Positions 52,364 to 62,193 of a stretch of 64,000 nt of DNA are shown piece after piece. The stretch is from an uncultured Methanosarcinaceae archaeon (GTDB lineage: Archaea > Halobacteriota > Methanosarcinia > Methanosarcinales > Methanosarcinaceae), in the NCBI GenBank assembly GCA_963847185.1, contig CAWJYV010000008.1, forward strand, positions 800,001-864,000. The letters are read 5' to 3'. The translations under genes were made by a program, and so were the position numbers. Under the pieces are notes generated by a model. The model saw nothing but the letters and a program-made list of their open reading frames with translations. It searched no databases and was not told the DNA's origin. How positions within the stretch are numbered: position 1 is the first letter of the stretch; every line of letters begins with the position of its first letter.

Positions 52364-53872
52364 TTATTTCCTTCTCTTCCTCTTGATTACTTCCCTTTTC
52401 CTCAATACTGCATAAGAAATTATTAGCTCGGCAACAGAAAATATGGCTCCAGGGCCCGGAATATCTCTTTCTTCTCGCTCTTCTTTTTCAAGATTTGAGT
52501 CCGTATTTGTCTGTTTTTCTCCTTCTGGCTGGTTGCTCCCACTCAGTGCCTGATTTCCTTCATTTTCGGTTTGAAGAGTTTCAATAGCGCTAATACTTTT
52601 TTCCGTGCTTGAGATTGCAAAGGGAGAAAATCCAGGGGTTTCTGCGGTAAAGTTAATGTAATCTTCATCTTCTCCGTTCCGGACTGTAGGCAATACGTTC
52701 CATGTATCCTGACTATACCTGTAAAGAATTATCGAACTCTCATTGATGCCGTTTTCCGAGATCCAGGCTTTACTGACTCTGAAGTTTATCCTGGCATTTT
52801 CCAGGTTTTCGGAGCTTGAGAAACCGCTGTTTCCAATCCAGATATTTATGTTTTTGTAGACTGCTCCTGGGGCAGATTCCTCGACTATTGAGGATTTATT
52901 CTTGAGTATCTCTATAATTGCTGTTGTTTTTCCAAAGCTCTTCTTAGGATCAAACTCTACGCTGACTATGTCATTTTTCCCGCCTTTAAAAGTATAGCAG
53001 GTGTGAGTTCCTTTGAAGACCTGTTCATTTGAAATCTCCTTGAGCTCTATATTCTTGCTTGATTCCGGAGAACCTGCACCTCCCCCTCCTCCGCTTCCTC
53101 CTCCGCTCCCGCCTGAGCTAGAGGTTTCACTTTTCACAATTATATATCCGGCCTTTGTTTCGGTGTCGTTTCCGTAAGTATTATTAGTTGCCCTGAGAGT
53201 AACAGTATAGGTGCCTGCATTTTCATATGTGTGGACAGGGTTCCTTTCGTTTGAGTCAATGCTGCCGTTTCCGTCAAAGTCCCATTCCCGGGAATTCGGG
53301 TTGCCTGTGGATAAGTCTGTAAACTGGACGGTCAGGGGTGGAGCGCCTGAGGCAGGACTTGCAGAAAACATAGCCTCTGGGGGTGGATAAGTTACTATAA
53401 CCTCCGAGGATCCGTTTACAGGGGCTGCAGAGATCGAATAAGCCGAAGTCGTACCTGAGATTTTGTAGCTGCCCGGCTCAGGGTAGGGCGGTACTGTCAC
53501 CTGATATATAACAGTCCTTTCTCCGCCAGCCGAAAGGTTCTCAACCCAGATCCACTCCGAACTTGACTGTTTAAAAGTGTCAATATCCTTAAAGATAGCT
53601 CCACTGTTCTCAATCTGGCTTACCTGCCATCCATCCGGAAGATTTTCATCGAGTGTCAGGGCTTCAATTTGCTGGTCTGTCTTAATATGTAAGGTAACTG
53701 TAAAACTTCCTCCTGCATAAACCGTTCCGGCAGAAATTTCTCTACTTGCATCGATTCCTGCAGCTGAAGCAGGGAGTATTATTCCGGAAAGCAGAAATAT
53801 AAGAGCAAAACCTGCAATGAAGCCTGAGAGCTTTATCCATTTTTTAGTCCTGATGATTTCGAGGATATTCAT
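52364..53872 (-). CDS. Cell-surface protein with PKD and PGF-pre-PGF domains
   Basis: Signal peptide, WDFDGNG PKD motif, Gly/Ser linker, AETPGFSPFAI, C-terminal TM plus basic tail. Confidence 0.9.
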   Translation of the reverse strand: MNILEIIRTKKWIKLSGFIAGFALIFLLSGIILPASAAGIDASREISAGTVYAGGSFTVTLHIKTDQQIEALTLDENLPDGWQVSQIENSGAIFKDIDTFKQSSSEWIWVENLSAGGERTVIYQVTVPPYPEPGSYKISGTTSAYSISAAPVNGSSEVIVTYPPPEAMFSASPASGAPPLTVQFTDLSTGNPNSREWDFDGNGSIDSNERNPVHTYENAGTYTVTLRATNNTYGNDTETKAGYIIVKSETSSSGGSGGGSGGGGGAGSPESSKNIELKEISNEQVFKGTHTCYTFKGGKNDIVSVEFDPKKSFGKTTAIIEILKNKSSIVEESAPGAVYKNINIWIGNSGFSSSENLENARINFRVSKAWISENGINESSIILYRYSQDTWNVLPTVRNGEDEDYINFTAETPGFSPFAISSTEKSISAIETLQTENEGNQALSGSNQPEGEKQTNTDSNLEKEEREERDIPGPGAIFSVAELIISYAVLRKREVIKRKRRK

Positions 53873-53940
53873 AAAAAAGTCCTTGGCATTTTTTGGTATA
53901 AATATACTTATGAAACTTATGAAACTTATAAATTATGTTT

Positions 53941-53968
53941 AGGCATATATTATTATAAATATATGCCT
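53941..53968. promoter_or_regulatory. Inverted repeat (11-bp arms) in a divergent promoter region
   Basis: AGGCATATATT-attata-AATATATGCCT. Confidence 0.5.
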
Positions 53969-54108
53969 CATAATTTATTCTAAAATCCGTGTGTTATTTT
54001 ATCCTCAGTTTCTATTGCTCTCGATAAATTTGAAGGTACAAATGATAACTTCAACTGTATCCGCAGTCAAAGTCACATATAAATAAGACAGTTGCCTAAT
54101 TTTCTGAT

Positions 54109-55608
54109 ATGAAAATAAAGAAAAGTTACATCTGGCTTATACTGGCATTCACCTGCATTGCGACCGCAACTGCAGTTTTCCAGTATTCTGATTCTAAGGA
54201 AATAGCATCTCATAAAGATCATTACGCAACTACAGCTAACGGGATAGAATTCAGCTCAAGTATGGCAACTAAAGTGCAGTCCTCAAATCCACTTAAATTA
54301 CTTAAGGCAGAAGCTGCAGGAATGAGCATGGATACTGAGGTTACTGTTTACAATGATGATCTCGCCCTCGTAAAAGAAAAGAGGGAACTTGACCTCAAAT
54401 CTGGGGTCAACAGCGTTGAATACACAGATGTTGCTGCTCTAATTGACCCGACTTCGGTCATGTTCGAGGACACAAAGAACAAGGATACTGCTGTGCTGGA
54501 ACAGAACTATGAATATGATCTTGTGAGCAGTCAGGAGCTTCTAGAGAAATTCCTGGACAAAGAGATTACTGTAACCGAAAAAGAAGGGAATTCATATACA
54601 GGCACTCTAATGAGCTATGAAGACGAGATAGTACTCAAGTTGAGCGACGGAAAAGTTGTAACTATTTCCGAAGTTTCAAGAATTGAATTTCCTGACTCGG
54701 CAGATCTGCTTACCAAACCTACTCTGATCTGGCAGATCTATTCTCCTGCTGCAGGCAAGAGGAATGTCCTCACTTCTTATCTTACGAGTGGAATGAGCTG
54801 GAAAGCAAACTATATCGTAAAAACCAGTGCAGATGATAAGAAGGCCGATATCCAAGGCTGGGTTACTGTCGATAACAGCGCAGGAACAACTTATGAAGAT
54901 GCCAAACTGAAACTGGTTGCGGGTGAAGTCCACCGCGTAGCTGTACCCCAAATAATGTATAAGGGAGAGATGGCTACAGCTGAGGAATCCGTGTCTGACG
55001 AGGCAGAAAGCGGTTTTGTTGAAGAATCGCTCTTTGAGTATCACCTTTATACTCTTGAAAAGCCGACTACTCTGAAAAATAACCAGGTCAAGCAGCTTTC
55101 TCTACTTTCTGTAGATTCCGTGCCTGTTGAAAAGGAACTCGTTTTTGATGTCTCAGAAAGTAGCGATATCCAGGTTGTCCTTACCCTCAATAACACAAAA
55201 GAAAAAGGGCTTGGAATGCCCCTCCCTGCCGGTGTTCTAAGAGTATACAAAGCAGATTCTGACGGCCAGCTTCAGTTCCTCGGAGAAGATAACATAGATC
55301 ATACTCCAAAAGATGAAGAAGTGGATGTTGTTGTCGGAAGCGCTTTTGATATAACAGGCACGAGAACCCAGACTAGTTACGATAGAGTAAGCACCAATAC
55401 CTGGAAGGAGAGTTATGAAATTGAGCTCAAGAACCACAAATCCGAAGCTCAGAAAGTAAAGATCGTAGAACATATCTACGGTGAATGGAAGATCACCAAC
55501 AGCTCAGATAAATATGAGAAAAAAGATGCTTCAACTGCCGAGTGGGAAATAACCGTACCTGCCGACAGCTCAAAGAAAGTCACCTACACTGTGGAGCGCA
55601 GTTACTAA
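54109..55608 (+). CDS. Secreted DUF4139-like protein
   Basis: Signal peptide; VTVYNDDLALVKE, EQNYEYDL, YLTSGMSWKANY, PLPAGVLRVY. Confidence 0.82.
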   Translation: MKIKKSYIWLILAFTCIATATAVFQYSDSKEIASHKDHYATTANGIEFSSSMATKVQSSNPLKLLKAEAAGMSMDTEVTVYNDDLALVKEKRELDLKSGVNSVEYTDVAALIDPTSVMFEDTKNKDTAVLEQNYEYDLVSSQELLEKFLDKEITVTEKEGNSYTGTLMSYEDEIVLKLSDGKVVTISEVSRIEFPDSADLLTKPTLIWQIYSPAAGKRNVLTSYLTSGMSWKANYIVKTSADDKKADIQGWVTVDNSAGTTYEDAKLKLVAGEVHRVAVPQIMYKGEMATAEESVSDEAESGFVEESLFEYHLYTLEKPTTLKNNQVKQLSLLSVDSVPVEKELVFDVSESSDIQVVLTLNNTKEKGLGMPLPAGVLRVYKADSDGQLQFLGEDNIDHTPKDEEVDVVVGSAFDITGTRTQTSYDRVSTNTWKESYEIELKNHKSEAQKVKIVEHIYGEWKITNSSDKYEKKDASTAEWEITVPADSSKKVTYTVERSY

Positions 55609-55700
55609 AATCTGAGCCAATAGCAATTTGTTAGGTTAGATCTGGGTCTTTGTAGTTCCAGATCCCAAAAAATCCAAATAAATCCAAATAAACCTCTATT

Positions 55701-55776
55701 ACCACAGAAAGCGTGGAAGAAACGGAAAATTGTACCCCTTTTTCTTTCTTCCGTGTTTTTCCATGCTTTCTATGGT
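55701..55776. repeat. Long imperfect inverted repeat (about 27-bp arms)
   Basis: ACCACAGAAAGCGTGGAAGAAACGGAA ... TTCCGTGTTTTTCCATGCTTTCTATGGT. Confidence 0.75.
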
Positions 55777-55830
55777 TCCAACTAACTTAAGACTCTACTC
55801 TCAGGGATGGATTGTTCTTTTCATACTCAT

Positions 55831-56005
55831 GAGGCTCAATTATGGAAAATTTCTAATCCCATAAACTTCGTCTGCTTGAGCGCAGCGAATAAAACGGACT
55901 GCGTACTCCCGAGGCGCAATTCGGGCAAGTGAAACGGACTGCGTACTCCCGAGGCGCAATTCGGGCGAGTGAAACGGACTGCGTACTCCCGAGACGCAAT
56001 TCGGG
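55831..56005 (+). repeat. GC-rich hairpin repeat array B: 3 units, 40-bp period, same family as array A
   Basis: Core AAACGGACTGCGTACTCCCGAGGCGCAATTCGGG at 55892, 55932, 55972; leader GAGGCTCAATTAT (55831) and CTTGAGCGCAGC (55875). Confidence 0.9.
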
Positions 56006-56048
56006 TGCATCAAAAAATATTATTACTATTCCCCCAATTAACATTCGG

Positions 56049-56993
56049 ATGATTATTGGTGTATTGGGGCCTGAAGGCTCATATTCGGAAAAGGCTGCAA
56101 ATATGTGGGCTCTGGAATACGGCATAAGTAGCTCAGAACTTCGATATTTTGCAGACATAGAAGACGCATTTCTGGCGGCAGTCCAGGGAAAATCAGATGT
56201 CTCTATAATTCCGGTAGAAAATTCTATTGAAGGATCTGTGGGTGTCACTCTTGATCTTCTTCTTGAGAACGATGCCGTGATAATTGCGGAGATAGTTGTC
56301 AAAATCGAGCACTGTCTGCTTTCAAAGGGAGGGCCTGAGAAAGTGAAGGTTATTCTCTCTCATCCCCAGGGGCTTGCCCAGTGCAGGCATTTCGTGAAGA
56401 AACATTTCCCTGAAGCTGAATTAAGGAGCACGGGCAGTACATCGCATGCAGCTAGGCTTGCAGGTGAGTTTGAAGAGATGGCCGCAATAGCTTCACCTGA
56501 GGCCGCAGAACGCTATAATCTGAAAATCCTTCTCTCAAACATCCAGGACCGGAAAGAAAACTACACACGTTTCATTGTTTTGAAAGCCCGGGAAAAAGCT
56601 TCAAATGAACAGATTTCATGTGTTCCGGAAGCTAAAAAAGAGCCTTACTCAGGATCGGAATTCAGGCCTGAATCCAGGTCCGAACATAAAACCGGATATG
56701 AATCAGGGTTTGAAAAGTGCAGCTTTTCACCCTTCAAAACGTCCCTTATAGTATATCTGGAGAAAGACAGGCCTGGAGCGTTATACGCAATTCTCGGCGC
56801 TTTTGCGAAAAGGAACATTAATCTTACAAAGATAGAGTCCAGGCCTTCTAAAAAAGAACTTGGGGATTATTACTTCTATATCGATTTTGAAGGACACACC
56901 AGCGATGCACTTATAAAAGATGCCTTAGAGGATATAAATGTCAAAGCTGATACTCTAAAAGTGCTGGGTTCTTATCCTGCGTTCAGAAAGTAA
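56049..56993 (+). CDS. pheA: Prephenate dehydratase
   Basis: LGPEGSYSE, PVENSIEGSV, SHPQ, NYTRF, ACT domain LTKIESRP. Start at 56049; the upstream extension is repeat-derived. Confidence 0.93.
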   Translation: MIIGVLGPEGSYSEKAANMWALEYGISSSELRYFADIEDAFLAAVQGKSDVSIIPVENSIEGSVGVTLDLLLENDAVIIAEIVVKIEHCLLSKGGPEKVKVILSHPQGLAQCRHFVKKHFPEAELRSTGSTSHAARLAGEFEEMAAIASPEAAERYNLKILLSNIQDRKENYTRFIVLKAREKASNEQISCVPEAKKEPYSGSEFRPESRSEHKTGYESGFEKCSFSPFKTSLIVYLEKDRPGALYAILGAFAKRNINLTKIESRPSKKELGDYYFYIDFEGHTSDALIKDALEDINVKADTLKVLGSYPAFRK

Positions 56994-57234
56994 AATTCTC
57001 GTAATCTTGGAAAAGACAGTAATAAAATTTCTGGCAGGCGTAAAGTTTCAAATTTAGAGGCAAAAATTCCCTAGATATATGCAAGGCTGTAGAATGTATG
57101 CTCTGGGAACGTGTACATTTATATACTATATTTCTATAGTATCTTTCTACAATCTTTCTACAGTATCTTTGTATGTTTTGTGCAGTATTTGTATTATGAT
57201 AATGCCGGATTCTCCGGTTGCAGAAGGGAGCGAG

Positions 57235-58134
57235 ATGGCTCTGGAGATTGAAAATATAGTAAATAAACACGAATCGGCTCTAAAAACGTATAGAGGACTC
57301 TATATCTTTGCAGATTCGCTTGTAACTTTTCTGGTTCTTTATGTCCTTTTCGTGCTCTTCAATATGAGAGATTTATTTCTAATGTTCAGTACTTTTGAGC
57401 CCTATACCGGCGCAAAATACAATATCCTGGGTTTCGGAATCGTCTTTGAAACTTTAGGGCTCATTTTTCTGGCTACTGCTTTTTCCCTTATCTTCACAGT
57501 AATCAGGCATTACAGTGCTAAAAAGAAAGATGCCATTGCCCTCCTGGAAGAACAATATCCTGAGCTTAAAGAAAGGCTAAGGACTGCCTATGATAACCGC
57601 AATACGGACAACATTATCGTTCGGGATCTGATAGGCGGCGTTATAATTGATTCAAAGTCTTTGAAGTCCTCATCGTTTCTTGACAGGAAAAAGCTTGCTA
57701 AGGACCTCTGTATAATTGTATTTGTGGGTTCCCTTCTCGCATACGTTGCCGGAACCGGGTATCAGACAACTATCAGTCCAACAGATCTTAATGAAGTGAT
57801 TGAAAAGGTTCCTTTGATCTCGGATTCAAATAAAGATCTCTACCCTGTAGAAGAAAATGGTGGGACATCAAATACGAGTAAGAGCCAGGAACAAGAACTC
57901 TTTGGAAATCCTGCTGTTATTATAGTGGAAGGAACCGAAGTTAATCTGACAATTCCTCCAGGATCCGGGCAGGGTTTTACAAGCCAGGAAGAAGGGGAGC
58001 AGATGAATGGGTCATTTACTCAATCGGACATCGTAAATCCTGAGGCGGTTGCTTCTCAGAGCTATTATGAAAGTCTACCGGAAGGATACAGGAACGTTAT
58101 TCGGAGTTATTTTGAAGGACTTGCAGAAGAATGA
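57235..58134 (+). CDS. Membrane protein, first gene of the MoxR/VWA operon
   Basis: About 3 TM helices, LKERLRTAYD, C-terminal PEGYRNVIRSYF; GGGAG before ATG 57235. Confidence 0.8.
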   Translation: MALEIENIVNKHESALKTYRGLYIFADSLVTFLVLYVLFVLFNMRDLFLMFSTFEPYTGAKYNILGFGIVFETLGLIFLATAFSLIFTVIRHYSAKKKDAIALLEEQYPELKERLRTAYDNRNTDNIIVRDLIGGVIIDSKSLKSSSFLDRKKLAKDLCIIVFVGSLLAYVAGTGYQTTISPTDLNEVIEKVPLISDSNKDLYPVEENGGTSNTSKSQEQELFGNPAVIIVEGTEVNLTIPPGSGQGFTSQEEGEQMNGSFTQSDIVNPEAVASQSYYESLPEGYRNVIRSYFEGLAEE

Positions 58135-58324
58135 CTTGCAGGAAAAAATGTGAATAATTTATCTAAAATTGACTTACCTGTACTCATTTCAATCAACTTG
58201 TCTGCAAGCAATTTTTGAATAACAGGTGTGTTCTGGATGGTTCACAGGTGCAGGAGCAGGTAATGTTCAGTAAGAAGCGGGCTTTCAGTCCTGCAAAAAC
58301 AGCAAATTAACGGGTGAAGTAAAT

Positions 58325-59299
58325 ATGAGTGAAACTAATATCGATTCTGGGCAGGCTGCCACGACCTATCAGAATTCAGGCAGAATATTCAAAAGCTTCT
58401 TTGAAGAGATTGGGAAAGTCATAGTAGGTCAGAATAGTATAGTCGAACAGATCATGATTGCGATTCTCTGTGAAGGACATGCCCTTATGGAAAGTAACCC
58501 AGGGCTTGGAAAAACTCTCATGATTTCTACAGTCTCAAGGTCTATGAACCTGAAGTTCAGCAGGATTCAATGTACTCCTGACCTCATGCCTTCTGATATC
58601 ACAGGGACAAATGTTATTGAAGAAATAGATAACAAAAAAGCATTCAGGTTTTCCCCAGGGCCGGTTTTCGCAAATGTTGTCCTTGCGGATGAAATTAACA
58701 GGGCATCTCCAAAGACCCAGTCCGCTCTGCTGGAAGCTATGCAGGAGAAACAGGTTACAGTCGGAAACGATACCTTCCTGCTGGATCGTCCCTTCTTTAT
58801 TCTTGCCACCCAGAACCCCCTTGAAATGGAGGGTACATATCCTCTGCCCGAAGCCCAGCTAGACCGTTTTCTCTTGAAAATCCTTGTAGATTATCCTTCC
58901 TATGAAGAAGAAATGGAAATTATAAACCGATATACGAAATCCGAAACTCCTACGATTTCCAGGGGTCTGGATAAGTCTACACTTCTTGAATTACAAAAGC
59001 TCACCCGGCAGGTCCCTATTTCAGAGGAATTTAAACAGCGTGTCCTTTCTATCGTGAGCATGACAAGAAAAGATAAAGAGAATATCGAGTATGGGGCTTC
59101 CCCCCGTGCATCTATCGGCCTTATTCTTGCTGCAAAAGCCAGGGCTCTTATACAGGGAAGAAATTTCGTAAGTAAGGAAGATATTGATTACATGGCATAT
59201 CCTGTTCTTCGACACAGGCTTATCCTGACTTTCGAAGCCGAAAGAAGCGGGATAACTCCTGATCAGGTGATTGAGGGTATCATCACGAAAGTAAAGTAA
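58325..59299 (+). CDS. moxR: MoxR family AAA+ ATPase
   Basis: PGLGKT, RIQCTPDLMPSD, LADEINRA, ATQNPLE, YPLPEAQLDRF. Confidence 0.93.
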   Translation: MSETNIDSGQAATTYQNSGRIFKSFFEEIGKVIVGQNSIVEQIMIAILCEGHALMESNPGLGKTLMISTVSRSMNLKFSRIQCTPDLMPSDITGTNVIEEIDNKKAFRFSPGPVFANVVLADEINRASPKTQSALLEAMQEKQVTVGNDTFLLDRPFFILATQNPLEMEGTYPLPEAQLDRFLLKILVDYPSYEEEMEIINRYTKSETPTISRGLDKSTLLELQKLTRQVPISEEFKQRVLSIVSMTRKDKENIEYGASPRASIGLILAAKARALIQGRNFVSKEDIDYMAYPVLRHRLILTFEAERSGITPDQVIEGIITKVK

Positions 59300-59431
59300 A
59301 ACCTGAGATTATGTTTCTGGTCAGGTTCGGGAAGGAACTGTAGAACTAAACCTATAACCTCTAGATGGTTTTCCAGGTTCCGGATAAATCGGACTTCTGG
59401 ATAAACCGGGCTTTTTAATTTACGATCCAGA

Positions 59432-60313
59432 ATGACTCGCACAAAACAAAAAATCGAAACGGACTTTTTCAGGCAGCTTGACCGCTTTACGTTCTCAGTC
59501 CGAAAAAGAGTGTCAACGGTCTATGCCGGAAACCGTCCGTCTACCCGAAGCGGACACGGCATTGATACTATCGGGTTTAGAGAGTTTGACTCTAGCGACA
59601 GCTTAAAAGATATCGACTGGAAAGCCTATGCAAGGACTGAAAAACTCTATGTGCGGCAGTTCGAGGAAGAAAAGACTCTTACCACCCATATCCTTCTGGA
59701 TGCCAGCAAAAGTATGGACTACCCTGAAAAAGGAACTTCAAAATTCGAGTATGCTGCCATGCTTGCCGCAGGCTATGCTTACATGGTAACAAAATATAAT
59801 GATCAGTTTGCCATTTCAACGTTCACTCAGGACGTTGATGTATACAAGCCCAGCAGGGGTCGAAAAAATCTTATGCGGGCAATCGATAGGTTAACAGAAC
59901 TTGAGCTGTCCGGCGGGACTTCAATTGGAGAGGCCGTTATAAAATACAGCCCGGAAATCAAGTCCAGGTCTCTTGTAATCCTCATCTCGGATTTCCTTCA
60001 GGATCCCGAGGAAATAGAAACAGCAGTTTCCAGGCTGTCCAATCATGATCTCATTTTGATTCAGGTGCTTGACCTTACGGAAAAAGTCCTCCCTCTTCAG
60101 GGAAACAGCAAGCTTGTAGACCTTGAGACAGGGGAAGAAATCAGGACTTATGTCAGTGAAAAGTTCAAAGAACGCTACCTTGAAAAGCTTGATGACCACA
60201 GTGCAAAGATTAAAAAAGCCTGCTTAAAGGTAGGGGCCGAGTTCTATACCTTTACAACCGACACTCCCATTTTTGATGCTTTCTACAATACGATCAGGAG
60301 ACGGAGGCGCTAA
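59432..60313 (+). CDS. DUF58 VWA-like protein
   Basis: IDWKAYAR, RQFEEE, DASKSM, LISDF. Confidence 0.9.
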   Translation: MTRTKQKIETDFFRQLDRFTFSVRKRVSTVYAGNRPSTRSGHGIDTIGFREFDSSDSLKDIDWKAYARTEKLYVRQFEEEKTLTTHILLDASKSMDYPEKGTSKFEYAAMLAAGYAYMVTKYNDQFAISTFTQDVDVYKPSRGRKNLMRAIDRLTELELSGGTSIGEAVIKYSPEIKSRSLVILISDFLQDPEEIETAVSRLSNHDLILIQVLDLTEKVLPLQGNSKLVDLETGEEIRTYVSEKFKERYLEKLDDHSAKIKKACLKVGAEFYTFTTDTPIFDAFYNTIRRRRR

Positions 60314-60315
60314 AT

Positions 60316-62193
60316 ATGGCTTTTGAAACTCCTCTTGCTCTTATTGCTCTTCTGAGCGTAATTCCTCTAATCATTATTTACATGCTCCGCCCGAAGCCGA
60401 CTGTGCTTTCAATTCCTTCGGTTATGTTTATCCTTAAACTGGAGAGAGAAAGGAAAAAGGTCTATGCTTCCCTCACCAAGATAGTGCAGGATCCCCTTTT
60501 CCTGATTCAGCTTCTAATGCTGATTCTTCTTTCTATTGCTGCGGCAGGCTATTACTACACTTCAGAAGAACCATTGAGCGGAGAGCATACAGTGCTTATC
60601 CTTGACACCTCTGCAAGCATGAATGTTGGTTCCCGCTTCAGTGACGGTATTGGGATTGCTGAAGGATACGTTAGCAAGAAAAACAGTATAATTCTGGCTT
60701 CCGATACTCCTCTCCTCGCTCTCGAAGGAGATGATGCGTCTGTGGCAAAGGATATCTTAGGGAAAGTCAATCCAGGAGCTGGCACTTCTGACCTTTCTGC
60801 ATCTATTACAGCAGGTATGCGTCTTCTTTCCAAAGAAGGAGGAAGAATTATTGTTATCTCGGATTTTACTAACTATAAGGGAGATGATCCTGTTGCTTCC
60901 AAAAATCTGGCTGAGTCTTACGGGATATCAGTCAATTTTGTAAAAGTCGGAAAGCCTGCCAATAACGTTGGAATCATCAATGGATGGATCGAAGCCGCGG
61001 ATGGAAAATATAGCTATACGGGTGTAATTAAAAATTACATGGATCACAGTGAAAGTGTTGAAATCGACACTGGAAGGGGTATTTCGGGAAACACCTCAAA
61101 GTCTCTTTCTCTTGATGTTCCTGCAGGCGGAACAAATCAGTTCACATTGGGAAACCTGGGGCCAGGAATCACAACAGTAAAGCTCAATTTTGAGGATGAT
61201 CTGTCTGTTGACAATAAAGCCTACATTTCCATTCCCGATATCTCGGAACAGCACATCCTTTATGTTACTGATAATGGAAAACTGCCTTCAAAAACTGCAC
61301 TATCCTTGCTTCCTAATAGTAATTTGAGTGTCTCAAAATCAGTGCCTGCTACGCTTGATAATTACACGCTTGTAGTGCTTGCGCAGAAAGAGACACCTAT
61401 TGGCAACGATTCCATCGGAATAATTGAAAATTATGTCCGAAACGGAGGTAATGCGGTCTTCATTGGGAGCGAAGCTCTCGTTCCCGAAAAAACCGAGGTT
61501 GACCTTTTAAAAATCTTGCCTGTGAAGCCTATCGGAATCGAAGAAGATGAAAATGGGCTTGAAGTTAAGGAATCTCTTCAAAGCAGCATTACGAAGGATA
61601 TTCGAAGTGACGAAATCTCTGTCCGTAAATATCTGAATGCAACTGAAAGGACCGGATCGACAACCCTGGTAACTCTTGAAAACGGAATTCCTTTACTTAG
61701 TTACTGGCAGGTGGGAAAGGGAACCATTTTCTATATGGGGCTGAGTGATGAGCTAGGGGACAATTCCTGGAATAATTTCCACAACCTGCCTGAATATCCC
61801 GTGTTCTGGATAAAACTTGTTGAATGGCTCGGAGGGACAGGAGATATATCCGAATATAACCTCAATACCGGCACTTTGACCTCTCTTTCGAAAACCGAGG
61901 AAATAAAGACTCCTTCAAAGACTTTTACTTCAAACCGCATTCTCTATGATGAAGTTGGGGTCTACGAGATTTCAGGGAAAAAGATTGCAGTTAATCTCTA
62001 TAACGACAGGGAATCAAACACTACAGTTGATTCTTCGGAATTGATTCAAAGGGCTGTTAAAGAAGACGGGTCCAAAGTAGTAAAGGCTGATTCCTATACT
62101 GCTAAACATGATATCACCGATTATCTCATAGGATTTCTGTTCCTGCTCATCCTGCTTGAAATCCTTATTGTGCGTGGGAGAGGTGAACTATGA
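60316..62193 (+). CDS. BatA-like N-terminus / VWA domain membrane protein
   Basis: N-terminal double TM, DTSASM MIDAS, ISDF, C-terminal TM. Confidence 0.85.
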   Translation: MAFETPLALIALLSVIPLIIIYMLRPKPTVLSIPSVMFILKLERERKKVYASLTKIVQDPLFLIQLLMLILLSIAAAGYYYTSEEPLSGEHTVLILDTSASMNVGSRFSDGIGIAEGYVSKKNSIILASDTPLLALEGDDASVAKDILGKVNPGAGTSDLSASITAGMRLLSKEGGRIIVISDFTNYKGDDPVASKNLAESYGISVNFVKVGKPANNVGIINGWIEAADGKYSYTGVIKNYMDHSESVEIDTGRGISGNTSKSLSLDVPAGGTNQFTLGNLGPGITTVKLNFEDDLSVDNKAYISIPDISEQHILYVTDNGKLPSKTALSLLPNSNLSVSKSVPATLDNYTLVVLAQKETPIGNDSIGIIENYVRNGGNAVFIGSEALVPEKTEVDLLKILPVKPIGIEEDENGLEVKESLQSSITKDIRSDEISVRKYLNATERTGSTTLVTLENGIPLLSYWQVGKGTIFYMGLSDELGDNSWNNFHNLPEYPVFWIKLVEWLGGTGDISEYNLNTGTLTSLSKTEEIKTPSKTFTSNRILYDEVGVYEISGKKIAVNLYNDRESNTTVDSSELIQRAVKEDGSKVVKADSYTAKHDITDYLIGFLFLLILLEILIVRGRGEL

